DNA from: Acidimicrobiales bacterium
Lineage (GTDB): Bacteria; Actinomycetota; Acidimicrobiia; Acidimicrobiales; RAAP-2
DNA length: 64,000 bases
NCBI GenBank assembly: GCA_049517675.1
Contig: JBEKRV010000015.1
Coordinates: 4,148-68,147 of the forward strand
Reading direction: 5' to 3'
Shown here piece by piece: positions 49,455 through 61,294 of this stretch; positions within the stretch are counted from its first letter, which is position 1; the number at the start of each line of letters is the position of its first letter. The notes under the pieces were generated by a model that was not told the origin of the DNA, did not search any database, and saw only the letters and a list, made by a program, of their open reading frames with translations. Both the position numbers and the translations under genes were made by a program.

Positions 49455-50549
49455 TCAGAGGACGCCGGTGAGGGCGCCCACCGGCATGCGGAGGTCGGCC
49501 AGCATCCGGAGGTCCTCGTCGGCCGAGCGACCGAGCGTGGTCAGGTAGTTGCCGACGATGAGGGCGTTGATGCCCGCGGTCATCCCCATGGACTGCAGCT
49601 CCCGGAGCGTGACCTCGCGGCCGCCCGCGTAGCGCAGGATGACGCCGGGGAGCCCGAGCCGGAACAGGGCGATCCACCGGATCGCCTCCCAGGCCGCCAC
49701 CGGTCGCTCGCCGCCGAGGGGCGTGCCCGGGCGCGGGTTCAAGAAGTTGAGGGGAACCTCGGTGGGGCCGAGCTCCTGGAGCTGGGTGAGCAGCTCGATC
49801 CGCTGTTCGTCGGACTCGCCCATGCCGATCAGGGCGCCACAGCACAGCTCCATGCCGTGGTCGAGGACCAGCCGGCACGTCTCCACCCGCTCTTCCCAGG
49901 TGTGGGAGGTCACCACGGTGGGGAAGAAGGACCGGGAGGTCTCGAGATTGTGGTTGTAGCGGTGCACCCCACATTCGGCGAACCGTCGTGCCTGGTCCTC
50001 GGTCAACAGGCCGGCGCTCACGGCGACATTGAGGCCGGTGCGTTCCTGGACCATGGGCACGAGCTCCAGGATCCGCTGCATGGTGCGCTCGTCGGGACCC
50101 CGGACGGCCAGGACGATGCAGAACTCGGAGGCGCCGGCGGCCCGTGTCTCCTCGGCGGCCTGCAGCACCTCCTCGGCGTCGAGGAAGGGGGTGGCCTTGA
50201 CCGGGGTGTCGAACCGGGACGACTGGGAGCAGAAGTGACAGTCCTCGGGGCAGCCGCCGGTCTTGGCCGACAAGATGCCCTCGACCTCGACCTCCGGCCC
50301 GCACCAGGCCAGACGTACCTGGTGGGCCAGCGCGGCCAGGGACGTCACGTAGCCGTCGGGCAGCGCGGCCAGGCCGGCCAGCTCGTCGCCGGTGAGGAGA
50401 CGCCGCTCGTCGAGGAGCGCGACTTCGGCCGCGTGGATGCGGACCCGGGCGGTCGACGGGTCGACGTCGGGGCGCTCGGGCTCACACCGCCTGGGCGGCG
50501 AGAGGGTGATGGTCGTGGGTACGGGGGCGGTGGCGGAGTCTCCGGACAT
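49455..50549 (-). CDS. bioB: Biotin synthase
   Basis: 364 aa with the radical-SAM cluster motif GGCPEDCHFCSQS and other typical BioB motifs (NHNLETS, CCGALIGMGE). Confidence 0.95.
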   Translation of the reverse strand: MSGDSATAPVPTTITLSPPRRCEPERPDVDPSTARVRIHAAEVALLDERRLLTGDELAGLAALPDGYVTSLAALAHQVRLAWCGPEVEVEGILSAKTGGCPEDCHFCSQSSRFDTPVKATPFLDAEEVLQAAEETRAAGASEFCIVLAVRGPDERTMQRILELVPMVQERTGLNVAVSAGLLTEDQARRFAECGVHRYNHNLETSRSFFPTVVTSHTWEERVETCRLVLDHGMELCCGALIGMGESDEQRIELLTQLQELGPTEVPLNFLNPRPGTPLGGERPVAAWEAIRWIALFRLGLPGVILRYAGGREVTLRELQSMGMTAGINALIVGNYLTTLGRSADEDLRMLADLRMPVGALTGVL

Positions 50550-50603
50550 GGGGGCAACGGTACCCGGCCGGAGCGCACCGCCGGAAACCGGGTGCCGATG
50601 CCG

Positions 50604-51446
50604 TCAACCCCCGGGAGACGGGTCGCCGAACACCGGCGGGCGCTTCTCGCGCAGGGCGGCCACACCCTCCCGGTAGTCCGGTCCGGCCATCATCGGATCG
50701 AGCAGTGCCTCGGCGGCCCGGACCGATTCGGCCGCCGTCATGTGGAACGACTCGTAGACCTGGCGCTTCGAGGCGGCGAGCGAGGCCGGCGAGACCGTGG
50801 TGGCCAGGGAGCGCGCGTAACGGTGGACGTGGTCGAGCAGGTCGGGCCCGTCGACGACGGCGGTGACCAGGCCGAGCTCGTAGGCCTCGTCGGCCTCGAA
50901 CGTCCGGCTCGTCAGGATGAGGTCCAGTGCCCGGGGCAGCCCCACCAGCCTGGGTAGGAGCCAGGCCAGGCCGAAGGCGCACGGGAGCCCGAGCTTGCCG
51001 TGGGCCGTGGTGAACTTCGCCCCCCTGGCGGCGAACCGCAGGTCGCAGTAGCACGAGAGGGCGAAGCCGATCCCGGCGACCGGCCCGTTGATGGCGGCCA
51101 GGATCGGCTTGTCGACACCGAAGTGGTAGGCGAGCTCGGCATCGAACTCCTGCCGGACGCCGTAGCCGGGCGTGGCCAGGCCGTCCGGGGCCCCCGACTC
51201 GTAGGAGCCCCGCTCGGCATGGCCGGCCAGGTCCTCGGACTCGGCCCCGGCGCAGAAGCCCCGTCCACTGCCGGTGACCACGACGACCCGTACGGCGGGG
51301 TCGTCGGCCGCCGTCTGCAGGAGCGCCCGGTACTCGGCGTTCATCGTGGCCGTCCAGGCGTTGAGACGCTCGGGACGGTCCAGGGTGATCGTGGCGATCC
51401 GGTCGACGACCTCGTAGCGCGTCGCCTCGAGGATGGGTGGGGTCAT
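50604..51446 (-). CDS. Enoyl-CoA hydratase/isomerase (crotonase) family protein
   Basis: 280 aa with IATITLDRPERLNAW, VVVTGSGRGFCAGA and ILAAINGPVAGIG. Confidence 0.9.
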   Translation of the reverse strand: MTPPILEATRYEVVDRIATITLDRPERLNAWTATMNAEYRALLQTAADDPAVRVVVVTGSGRGFCAGAESEDLAGHAERGSYESGAPDGLATPGYGVRQEFDAELAYHFGVDKPILAAINGPVAGIGFALSCYCDLRFAARGAKFTTAHGKLGLPCAFGLAWLLPRLVGLPRALDLILTSRTFEADEAYELGLVTAVVDGPDLLDHVHRYARSLATTVSPASLAASKRQVYESFHMTAAESVRAAEALLDPMMAGPDYREGVAALREKRPPVFGDPSPGG

Positions 51447-51492
51447 GTGCGGCTCGTCTCGCCGACGGGGCCACCCGATCGGGCGGCCCCGG

Positions 51493-52944
<1,452 letters not shown>

Positions 52945-53074
52945 GTGGCTCCTTCGTCGTGGCGACCCCTGCGGGGACGGTGCTCACCGGCACGGGCCGA
53001 CCGGCTCGTGCGCGTGCGCCCGGACCCCGTCCTCGGCCGTAGCCCCGGGCCCCGGAAACGCCCTGACGATGATA
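52945..53074 (-). promoter_or_regulatory. ahcY promoter (-10 TATCAT at 53069-53074) and structured leader of about 118 nt; weak SAH-riboswitch candidate
   Basis: On the minus strand the leader contains GGCCGA...UCGGCC, then GAGGA-CGGGG, a GUGC-CGGUGA-GCAC hairpin, and a 3' CCCCG that can pair with CGGGG or with the downstream GGGG. The SD GAAGGAG lies 6 nt from the ATG. The match to the SAH-element core is only partial and from memory. Confidence 0.25.
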
Positions 53075-53090
53075 GTCCACGGTTCCGATC

Positions 53091-53110
53091 GCACCGCCGG
53101 AGGGCGGTGC
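53091..53110 (-). terminator. Hairpin after the MDMPI-like gene
   Basis: Perfect 8-bp stem GCACCGCC/GGCGGTGC with a 4-nt loop, 16 nt downstream of the stop at 53126. No U-tract. Confidence 0.4.
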
Positions 53111-53125
53111 GGTGACCCTCTGCGG

Positions 53126-53824
53126 CTACTCGACGATCTCGACCCCCGGAGGGTGCATCGGAGTCCCCTCGAACATGGCCAGATAGGGCTCGGGGTCGCC
53201 GTCCCAGGCCAGCGCGTGGATCTGGGACAGGGACCGCCGCCCCGTGATGAACCGGTACAGGGAGAAGGTGTCGGTGGCGAGCCGGACCCGGGCGGTCCCG
53301 GAGCCGATCGTGGTCGAGTACCCCGGTGTGTCGAGGTCGAGAGCTGGCAGCCCGTTGCGACCGATCAGGCCGGTCAACCTCGCGGTCATGAACTGCAGAC
53401 CGACCTGCACGCTCGCCGCGTCCCGGCCGCCGGGCCGACCGAGGGCGCCGCGGAGGTCGTGCTCGTGGACACCCGCATCGAAGGTGATCTGGGCGGAGAT
53501 CCGGTCGGGGAGGTCGGCGGCCCGCTCCTCGAACCCGGGGGCGACCGTGTTCCAGGCCTCGACGATGCCGGCGAGGCCCATGGGGGAGAACCGGTCGACC
53601 TGAGCGTTGGTCCACCCGTTGCTGCCGGCGTCCGCCAGGTTGCCGTCGTAGGCGTCGCGGGTCACCCCGTAGACGTGTGCGGCGAGGTCGGTCACGCTCC
53701 AACCCGGGCACGCGGCGACGGGCGCGGCCGCCGCCTCGGCGTCGGGTACCGCGGAGAGCAGCTCGGTCAGGCGGAGCCGCATGTCGGTGTAGGCGGCCGC
53801 GGACTCGGTCGACGAAGGCAGCAC
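53126..53824 (-). CDS. Maleylpyruvate isomerase N-terminal domain / mycothiol-dependent (DinB-like, TIGR03083-type) protein
   Basis: GTG at 53824 with GGGAGG 4 nt upstream, giving 232 aa. It contains CPGWSVTDLAAHV...FDAGVHEHDLRGALG. The track ORF start at 54013 adds a low-quality extension. Confidence 0.7.
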   Translation of the reverse strand: MLPSSTESAAAYTDMRLRLTELLSAVPDAEAAAAPVAACPGWSVTDLAAHVYGVTRDAYDGNLADAGSNGWTNAQVDRFSPMGLAGIVEAWNTVAPGFEERAADLPDRISAQITFDAGVHEHDLRGALGRPGGRDAASVQVGLQFMTARLTGLIGRNGLPALDLDTPGYSTTIGSGTARVRLATDTFSLYRFITGRRSLSQIHALAWDGDPEPYLAMFEGTPMHPPGVEIVE

Positions 53825-53951
53825 GGGACCTCCCGGTGGCGGGGTGCCTCCCCCGTTGCGGGGAGGTGATCGGACGTCCCTACAGTACGGGAACGGGTCC
53901 CGTCGGAGCGGCCCGACCCGGAGCGGTGGCCGCTGGTCGCCGGCCAGTAGT

Positions 53952-56461
<2,510 letters not shown>

Positions 56462-56517
56462 TGGCGCGGACCGGCGCGACGTCGCCGACCGACACGGCGA
56501 TCCGCGCCGGTGTTCGG

Positions 56518-57468
56518 TCAACGACCGGCGAACCAGCGCCCCAACTCGTCCATCCCCCGGTCCACGCCGACCCGTGGTCGCCACCGGAGGACCCGCCGGG
56601 TGTCGGACTGGTCGAACCAGTGGGCCACCGACAACTGCCGGGCGGCGAAGTGGGTGAGGGGCGGCTCCCCGCCGGGCCACATCCGTCCGATGGCGCGTCC
56701 GGCCAGGGCTGCCACCGGAGCGGGTACCGAACGGACCCGAGGGTCCAACCCGGCGGCCTCCAGGATCCCCTCGACCAGTTCGGCCAGGGGACGGGGGTCG
56801 CCGCCGGTGACCACCCACGCCTTCCCGGTCGCCTCGTCGGAGTCGGCGGTCCGGTCGAGGCCGGCCACGATGGCGTCCGCCGCGTCGTCGACGTAGGTGG
56901 TGTCGACGAGCGGCCTGCCGTGGTCGGGAAGGACCAGGCGGCCCTGGCGGGCACGCTCGACGATGCGGCCGATGAGCTGGGTGTCCCCCGGCCCCCAGAC
57001 GAGGTGGGGGCGGACCACCACGGTGGGGACCGTGGTGTGCTCCAGGACATAGCGCTCGGCAACGGCCTTGGACCGGGTGTACGCGTCCCGTCCCCGGTAC
57101 GTGGCGGGCTCGGCGCCGGCGCCGACCGCCGGCCCGCCGTCGAAGGCGACGGACGGTGACGACACGTGCACGAGGCGACCACAGCGGGCCGCGGCGGACA
57201 CGACGTTGCGGGAACCGACCACGTTGACCCGGTAGGCGCGGTCCCACCCGGGCCGGGGTGCCACCAGCGCCGCCAGATGGATGACGGCGTCGTGTCCCGC
57301 CGCCGCCGCCAGGACGGCCGCCGGATCGCTCACGTCACCGAGGACATCGGTCGTCCCGACCCCGCTCGGCGAGCGCTGGAAGCAGGTCACAAGGTCGCCC
57401 CGTGCGAGCAGGGTCGGCGCCACGGCACGCCCGATCAGGCTCGAACCCCCGGTGAGCAGCACCCTCAT
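56518..57468 (-). CDS. oleD: NAD(P)-dependent epimerase/3-beta-HSD family reductase, OleD by synteny
   Basis: 316 aa with MRVLLTGGSSLIGRAV and YTRSK (YxxxK). It lies directly downstream of the fused oleBC gene. Confidence 0.75.
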   Translation of the reverse strand: MRVLLTGGSSLIGRAVAPTLLARGDLVTCFQRSPSGVGTTDVLGDVSDPAAVLAAAAGHDAVIHLAALVAPRPGWDRAYRVNVVGSRNVVSAAARCGRLVHVSSPSVAFDGGPAVGAGAEPATYRGRDAYTRSKAVAERYVLEHTTVPTVVVRPHLVWGPGDTQLIGRIVERARQGRLVLPDHGRPLVDTTYVDDAADAIVAGLDRTADSDEATGKAWVVTGGDPRPLAELVEGILEAAGLDPRVRSVPAPVAALAGRAIGRMWPGGEPPLTHFAARQLSVAHWFDQSDTRRVLRWRPRVGVDRGMDELGRWFAGR

Positions 57469-57487
57469 CGTCCGGCGGCCCGGTCGC

Positions 57488-59956
57488 TCATCGTCCGGCG
57501 AGGAAGTCGGCGGCGTCGGCCGCCAGTGCGGTCCGGTCGATCTTGGACTGGTGTCGCCGATCGACCGGGAGGGCTCCTTCGAGGACCGCCGCCACCCGGT
57601 GGGTGCAGGCGTCGCGGACCGCGACGCGCAACGGGCGGACGGCGACCCGGAGCGGGCCGACGCCCTCGACGACGACGCACAGGACCTGGCAGCCGGCCGG
57701 GCCGACTCCCACCGCGGCCACCTGTCGGCCGATGGCCTCCCGGATCGGCCCTTCGACGCCGACGCTGGTCAGCGGTCCGTCCGCGGTGTCGATGACGTGG
57801 CGGCGCCTGCCGAGCTGGAAGAGCAGACCGTCCTCGACATAGCCGACGTCGCCGGTGCGGTGGAACCGGAGCCCGTCGTGGACGGACCAGGTCGCCGCAT
57901 CGGCGGACCATGCCGCGTCGTATCCGTCGAACATCCACGGCGCGTGCACCAGGATCTCTCCCCAGCCGTCCCCGTCGTCGAGCGGACGGGTGGGATCGTC
58001 GAGCGGGGTGATCACGACGGTGCACCCCGGTACGGGGCGACCGGTGCAGTTGCCACCGAGCCGGCCCACCCGGTCGGGACTGGTCCCGTCGGTGACCGGA
58101 AGGCACTCGGTCATGCCGTAGGGCGCACGTACATCGCCACCGGTGATCCGACGGATCCCCTCGACCAGGTCGACGGGGACGGGCGCCCCGGCCAGCATGA
58201 CCAGGTCGACGGGGGCCGTCCGTCCCCCGGCGGTGGACAGGATCCGGCGGGCCGAGGCGGGGGAGAGCCACGCCACCGTGACCCGGGCCCGACGCAGTGC
58301 GGCGGCCAACTCGTCGAACCCGAGCGCGGAGGGCTCGGCCACGTCGAAGTCGGGACGCACGCAGGTCATCTGCAGCGACGGGGCGAGGAGCATGAACGGG
58401 CCGAACGAGGTGGTGAACGCGTCGCCCGGCCGCATCCCGAACAGGGGCGCGACCACCTCGCGCTGGGCGGCCAGGGCCCCGTGGGTGTAGCGGACCGCCT
58501 TGGCCGGGCCGGTGGCCCCGGAGGTGTGGACGATGGCGGCGACGTCAGCGGCTCCGACCGCCTCCGGGACGATCGCCGACGTCGGGGCCCCGGCCCGGCC
58601 GAGGTCGACGGCGCCCGGGAACGGGGTGAAGCAAGCCATGGTGGATCCGGGGGCGAACCGGAGGGCCCGGGCGAGCGCCAACGTGGCCGCTGTCCCGACG
58701 GTCCACGACGGGGCGCTCGCCCGGATCAACGTGCGGAGCCGGCGGATCCCGGCCGATGCGTCGGCCACCACGGGGATCCCTCCGGCCTTCCACACCGCGC
58801 CGGCGGCGACCAGGAGCTCGCAGCTCGGGGGGACGAGCAACGACACCCGATCGCCGGGGCGCATGCCGCCGTCGATCAGGGTGCGGGCGGCTGCCGAGGA
58901 ACGGGCGTCGAGGTCGGCCCAGGTCAGCACCCCGTCCGGTCCGTCGTAGGCGGGCGAGGTGTCGTCGCTGCGGTCCCCGAGCGCGGCCAGTACCGACACG
59001 AATCCCGTGTGGTCCCCATCGACCCCGGCCGTCGTCGACGGGTGTCTGAGTCGGTCGAGCCATCGGGCGACGACGTCGCCCACCGGTGCGTCGAGCGTCA
59101 CCAGGTGGCCGGCGTCGACGAACCGCTCGACATCGGCATGGCGTATCCGGGACCGCAGGTCGGCCAGGAACCGGTCGTGGAACACCGGGTCCCGGCCGCC
59201 CCAGAGCAGCAGGGTCGGTCGGGGGTGGGCGTCCAGGACGGCGGCACACTCCTGGAGCGCCGCGTAGGACGGGTCGTCCGGGGTGAGGGGGATGTCGGCC
59301 ACGAAGTCTCGGACGGCCTCACGGCGGTCGGCACCCCGGTACGGGGCGCGGAGCGCGTCCCGGTGGGTGCGCGACGTCATCATCGCCGTCCCGGCCACGA
59401 AGGCGGACGTCCGGCGGCAGCTGAGGTCGACCAGGGTCCGGGCGGCGGCGATGAGTGGCGGGACGGCGACGTCGGCCGGCTTGGCCACGGCCGTGTCGGC
59501 GAGGACGAGGGCCTCCACCTCGAGTGAGCCCGAGGCGCCGACGGCGATCGGCCCGCCCCAGTCGTGGGCGGCGAGGACGAAGGGCCCGTCGACCTCCTGG
59601 TGGCAGAAGTTCACCAACTCGAGCACCCGATCGGCCAGGCGCCGGGGTCGGCCCCGCTCCGACCATCCCATTCCGGTCTGATCCACGGCGACGACCCGCC
59701 AGGCGGGTGCCAGGGTGGTGAGGACGTCGCGCCACACGTATGCCCAGGTCGGGTTCCCGTGGACGCACACGATCGTCCCATCCGGACCGGGCCCGGTGTC
59801 GAGGACGTGCCAGTCGACTGGCCGGCCGTCGGATCCGTCGATGGTGACCCGTCGGGACCACGCCGGGTCGAGTCCCCATGACGCGAGCTGGTCGGCACTC
59901 GGGGTCGGCGGCCGCGGCGACACCACGGCTCCGGTGGCCGGCCGGGTCGGGGTCAC
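57488..59956 (-). CDS. oleBC: Fused OleB (haloalkane-dehalogenase-like alpha/beta hydrolase) - OleC (AMP-dependent synthetase)
   Basis: 822 aa. The N-terminal hydrolase domain has VHGNPTWAYVWR and AAHDWGG. The C-terminal adenylating domain has IVHTSGATGPAK and YRTGDVGY. Fusion of these two domains is the actinobacterial ole arrangement. Confidence 0.8.
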   Translation of the reverse strand: MTPTRPATGAVVSPRPPTPSADQLASWGLDPAWSRRVTIDGSDGRPVDWHVLDTGPGPDGTIVCVHGNPTWAYVWRDVLTTLAPAWRVVAVDQTGMGWSERGRPRRLADRVLELVNFCHQEVDGPFVLAAHDWGGPIAVGASGSLEVEALVLADTAVAKPADVAVPPLIAAARTLVDLSCRRTSAFVAGTAMMTSRTHRDALRAPYRGADRREAVRDFVADIPLTPDDPSYAALQECAAVLDAHPRPTLLLWGGRDPVFHDRFLADLRSRIRHADVERFVDAGHLVTLDAPVGDVVARWLDRLRHPSTTAGVDGDHTGFVSVLAALGDRSDDTSPAYDGPDGVLTWADLDARSSAAARTLIDGGMRPGDRVSLLVPPSCELLVAAGAVWKAGGIPVVADASAGIRRLRTLIRASAPSWTVGTAATLALARALRFAPGSTMACFTPFPGAVDLGRAGAPTSAIVPEAVGAADVAAIVHTSGATGPAKAVRYTHGALAAQREVVAPLFGMRPGDAFTTSFGPFMLLAPSLQMTCVRPDFDVAEPSALGFDELAAALRRARVTVAWLSPASARRILSTAGGRTAPVDLVMLAGAPVPVDLVEGIRRITGGDVRAPYGMTECLPVTDGTSPDRVGRLGGNCTGRPVPGCTVVITPLDDPTRPLDDGDGWGEILVHAPWMFDGYDAAWSADAATWSVHDGLRFHRTGDVGYVEDGLLFQLGRRRHVIDTADGPLTSVGVEGPIREAIGRQVAAVGVGPAGCQVLCVVVEGVGPLRVAVRPLRVAVRDACTHRVAAVLEGALPVDRRHQSKIDRTALAADAADFLAGR

Positions 59957-59960
59957 CGCC

Positions 59961-60977
59961 CTACCAGATCAGCTCGGCGGCGGCGCAGTTGAGGCCCGAA
60001 CCGATGCCCATGAGGAGCACACGCTCGCCGGGCGAGATCTCGTCGGCCACGGTCGACAACGTGTACGGCACCGCTGCCGGACCCATGTTCCCGAAGTTCG
60101 GGTAGGTGAGTGGGACCAGGTCCATGTCCACGCCGAGCAGGTCGCACAGCCTGCGGGTGTGCACGGCGGACACCTGGTGCATGACGTATCGGTCGCACGT
60201 CTTCCAGTCCCAGCCGGCGGCGACCGAGGCGTCGAACGCCTCGCGGGCGAGGGTCAGGCCGTTCTCGAGCAGTGCGGCGGTGTCGGTGCGCATGGTGTCG
60301 AGGTCCCCGACGCAGAGGTCGTGGCTGTCGGTGGCGGCCCGGGAGATGCCGCCCAGGAACCGGTGTCCCCCTGCACGCGGCCCGCCCATGACCATGGCCG
60401 CGCCCCCCGATCCGAGGGTGAGGGAGGCGAACTGGTCGAACACGTCGGTGGCACCGGCCGTCGGCAGGCGGAGCCGCGCGATCGTGGCCAGCTGGGTGTA
60501 CCGGCTTCCCTCGCCGTCGACGACCAGGACCGTGTCGGCCTGGCCGGTCTCGATGGCCATCGCACCGATCTGCATGGCGTTGACGAAACCGAGGCACGCA
60601 TTGCCGATGTCGAAATTGACGCACTCGGGGCCCAGACCCAGACGGTGGTGGACCGAACAGGCCACGCTGGGCTCGAGGTGGTGCTTGCAGACCGAGGTCG
60701 AGATGAGCATGTCGACCTCGGTGGGGGCGATGTCGGCGAGCTCGAGCGCGCGGATCCCGGCGAGCGCAGCCGCCTCGTCGAAGGTGACGTCCTCGGGCCA
60801 CCAGCGGCGCTCCACGATCCCGGCGACGGACTCGAGCAGTCCGGGTCGGATGCCGGTCCGGTCGTAGGTCTCGGCCAACTGCTCGTCGATCCAGGCCGAG
60901 GTGACGACCTCGGGCGCCTCCGCGTGACCCACGCTCCAGATCGTCGGACGCGTGAATTCGGTTCGGGGACGCACCAC
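59961..60977 (-). CDS. oleA: OleA thiolase (FabH-like condensing enzyme for head-to-head Claisen condensation)
   Basis: 338 aa. TYDRTGI, STSVCKHHLEPSVA, NFDIGNACLGFVNAM and LVVDGE parallel my recollection of Xanthomonas OleA. Its stop lies 4 nt from the oleBC start. Confidence 0.8.
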   Translation of the reverse strand: MVRPRTEFTRPTIWSVGHAEAPEVVTSAWIDEQLAETYDRTGIRPGLLESVAGIVERRWWPEDVTFDEAAALAGIRALELADIAPTEVDMLISTSVCKHHLEPSVACSVHHRLGLGPECVNFDIGNACLGFVNAMQIGAMAIETGQADTVLVVDGEGSRYTQLATIARLRLPTAGATDVFDQFASLTLGSGGAAMVMGGPRAGGHRFLGGISRAATDSHDLCVGDLDTMRTDTAALLENGLTLAREAFDASVAAGWDWKTCDRYVMHQVSAVHTRRLCDLLGVDMDLVPLTYPNFGNMGPAAVPYTLSTVADEISPGERVLLMGIGSGLNCAAAELIW

Positions 60978-61014
60978 AACAGGTTACGGCCTTCCGCGGG
61001 ACGTCCGGCACGGT

Positions 61015-61054
61015 GCGGTCCCCGACCCCACGGCCCGGTCGGGTCGGGGACCGC
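61015..61054. repeat. Perfect inverted repeat / hairpin in a divergent intergenic region
   Basis: GCGGTCCCCGACCC (61015-61028) pairs with GGGTCGGGGACCGC (61041-61054): 14 bp with a 12-nt loop. It lies 38 nt upstream of the oleA start. Confidence 0.7.
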
Positions 61055-61160
61055 CCGGCCGTCGTTCCGATCGCCTCCGACGGGTCGGTCGTCCCGCCCA
61101 CCCGGCGGGCCGCAGCCGGCGGGGACCTGCCGGCTCGCGCTCCCGATGGACCGTTGATGA

Positions 61161-61184
61161 CGTATCGGTGACGCCACCGATACG
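61161..61184. repeat. Perfect 24-bp palindrome
   Basis: CGTATCGGTG-ACGC-CACCGATACG in a locally lower-GC patch, 111 nt upstream of the ATG at 61295. Confidence 0.7.
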
Positions 61185-61294
61185 AGCAGGCGACCCCAGG
61201 ATGAACTCTTCGCGACACGGCGATCTGGTTACGCACGGTCGTCGGACCCGATGTTAGGAAGGGCCAGCTTCGGTCCCCCCATGGAGGTTCTTCG

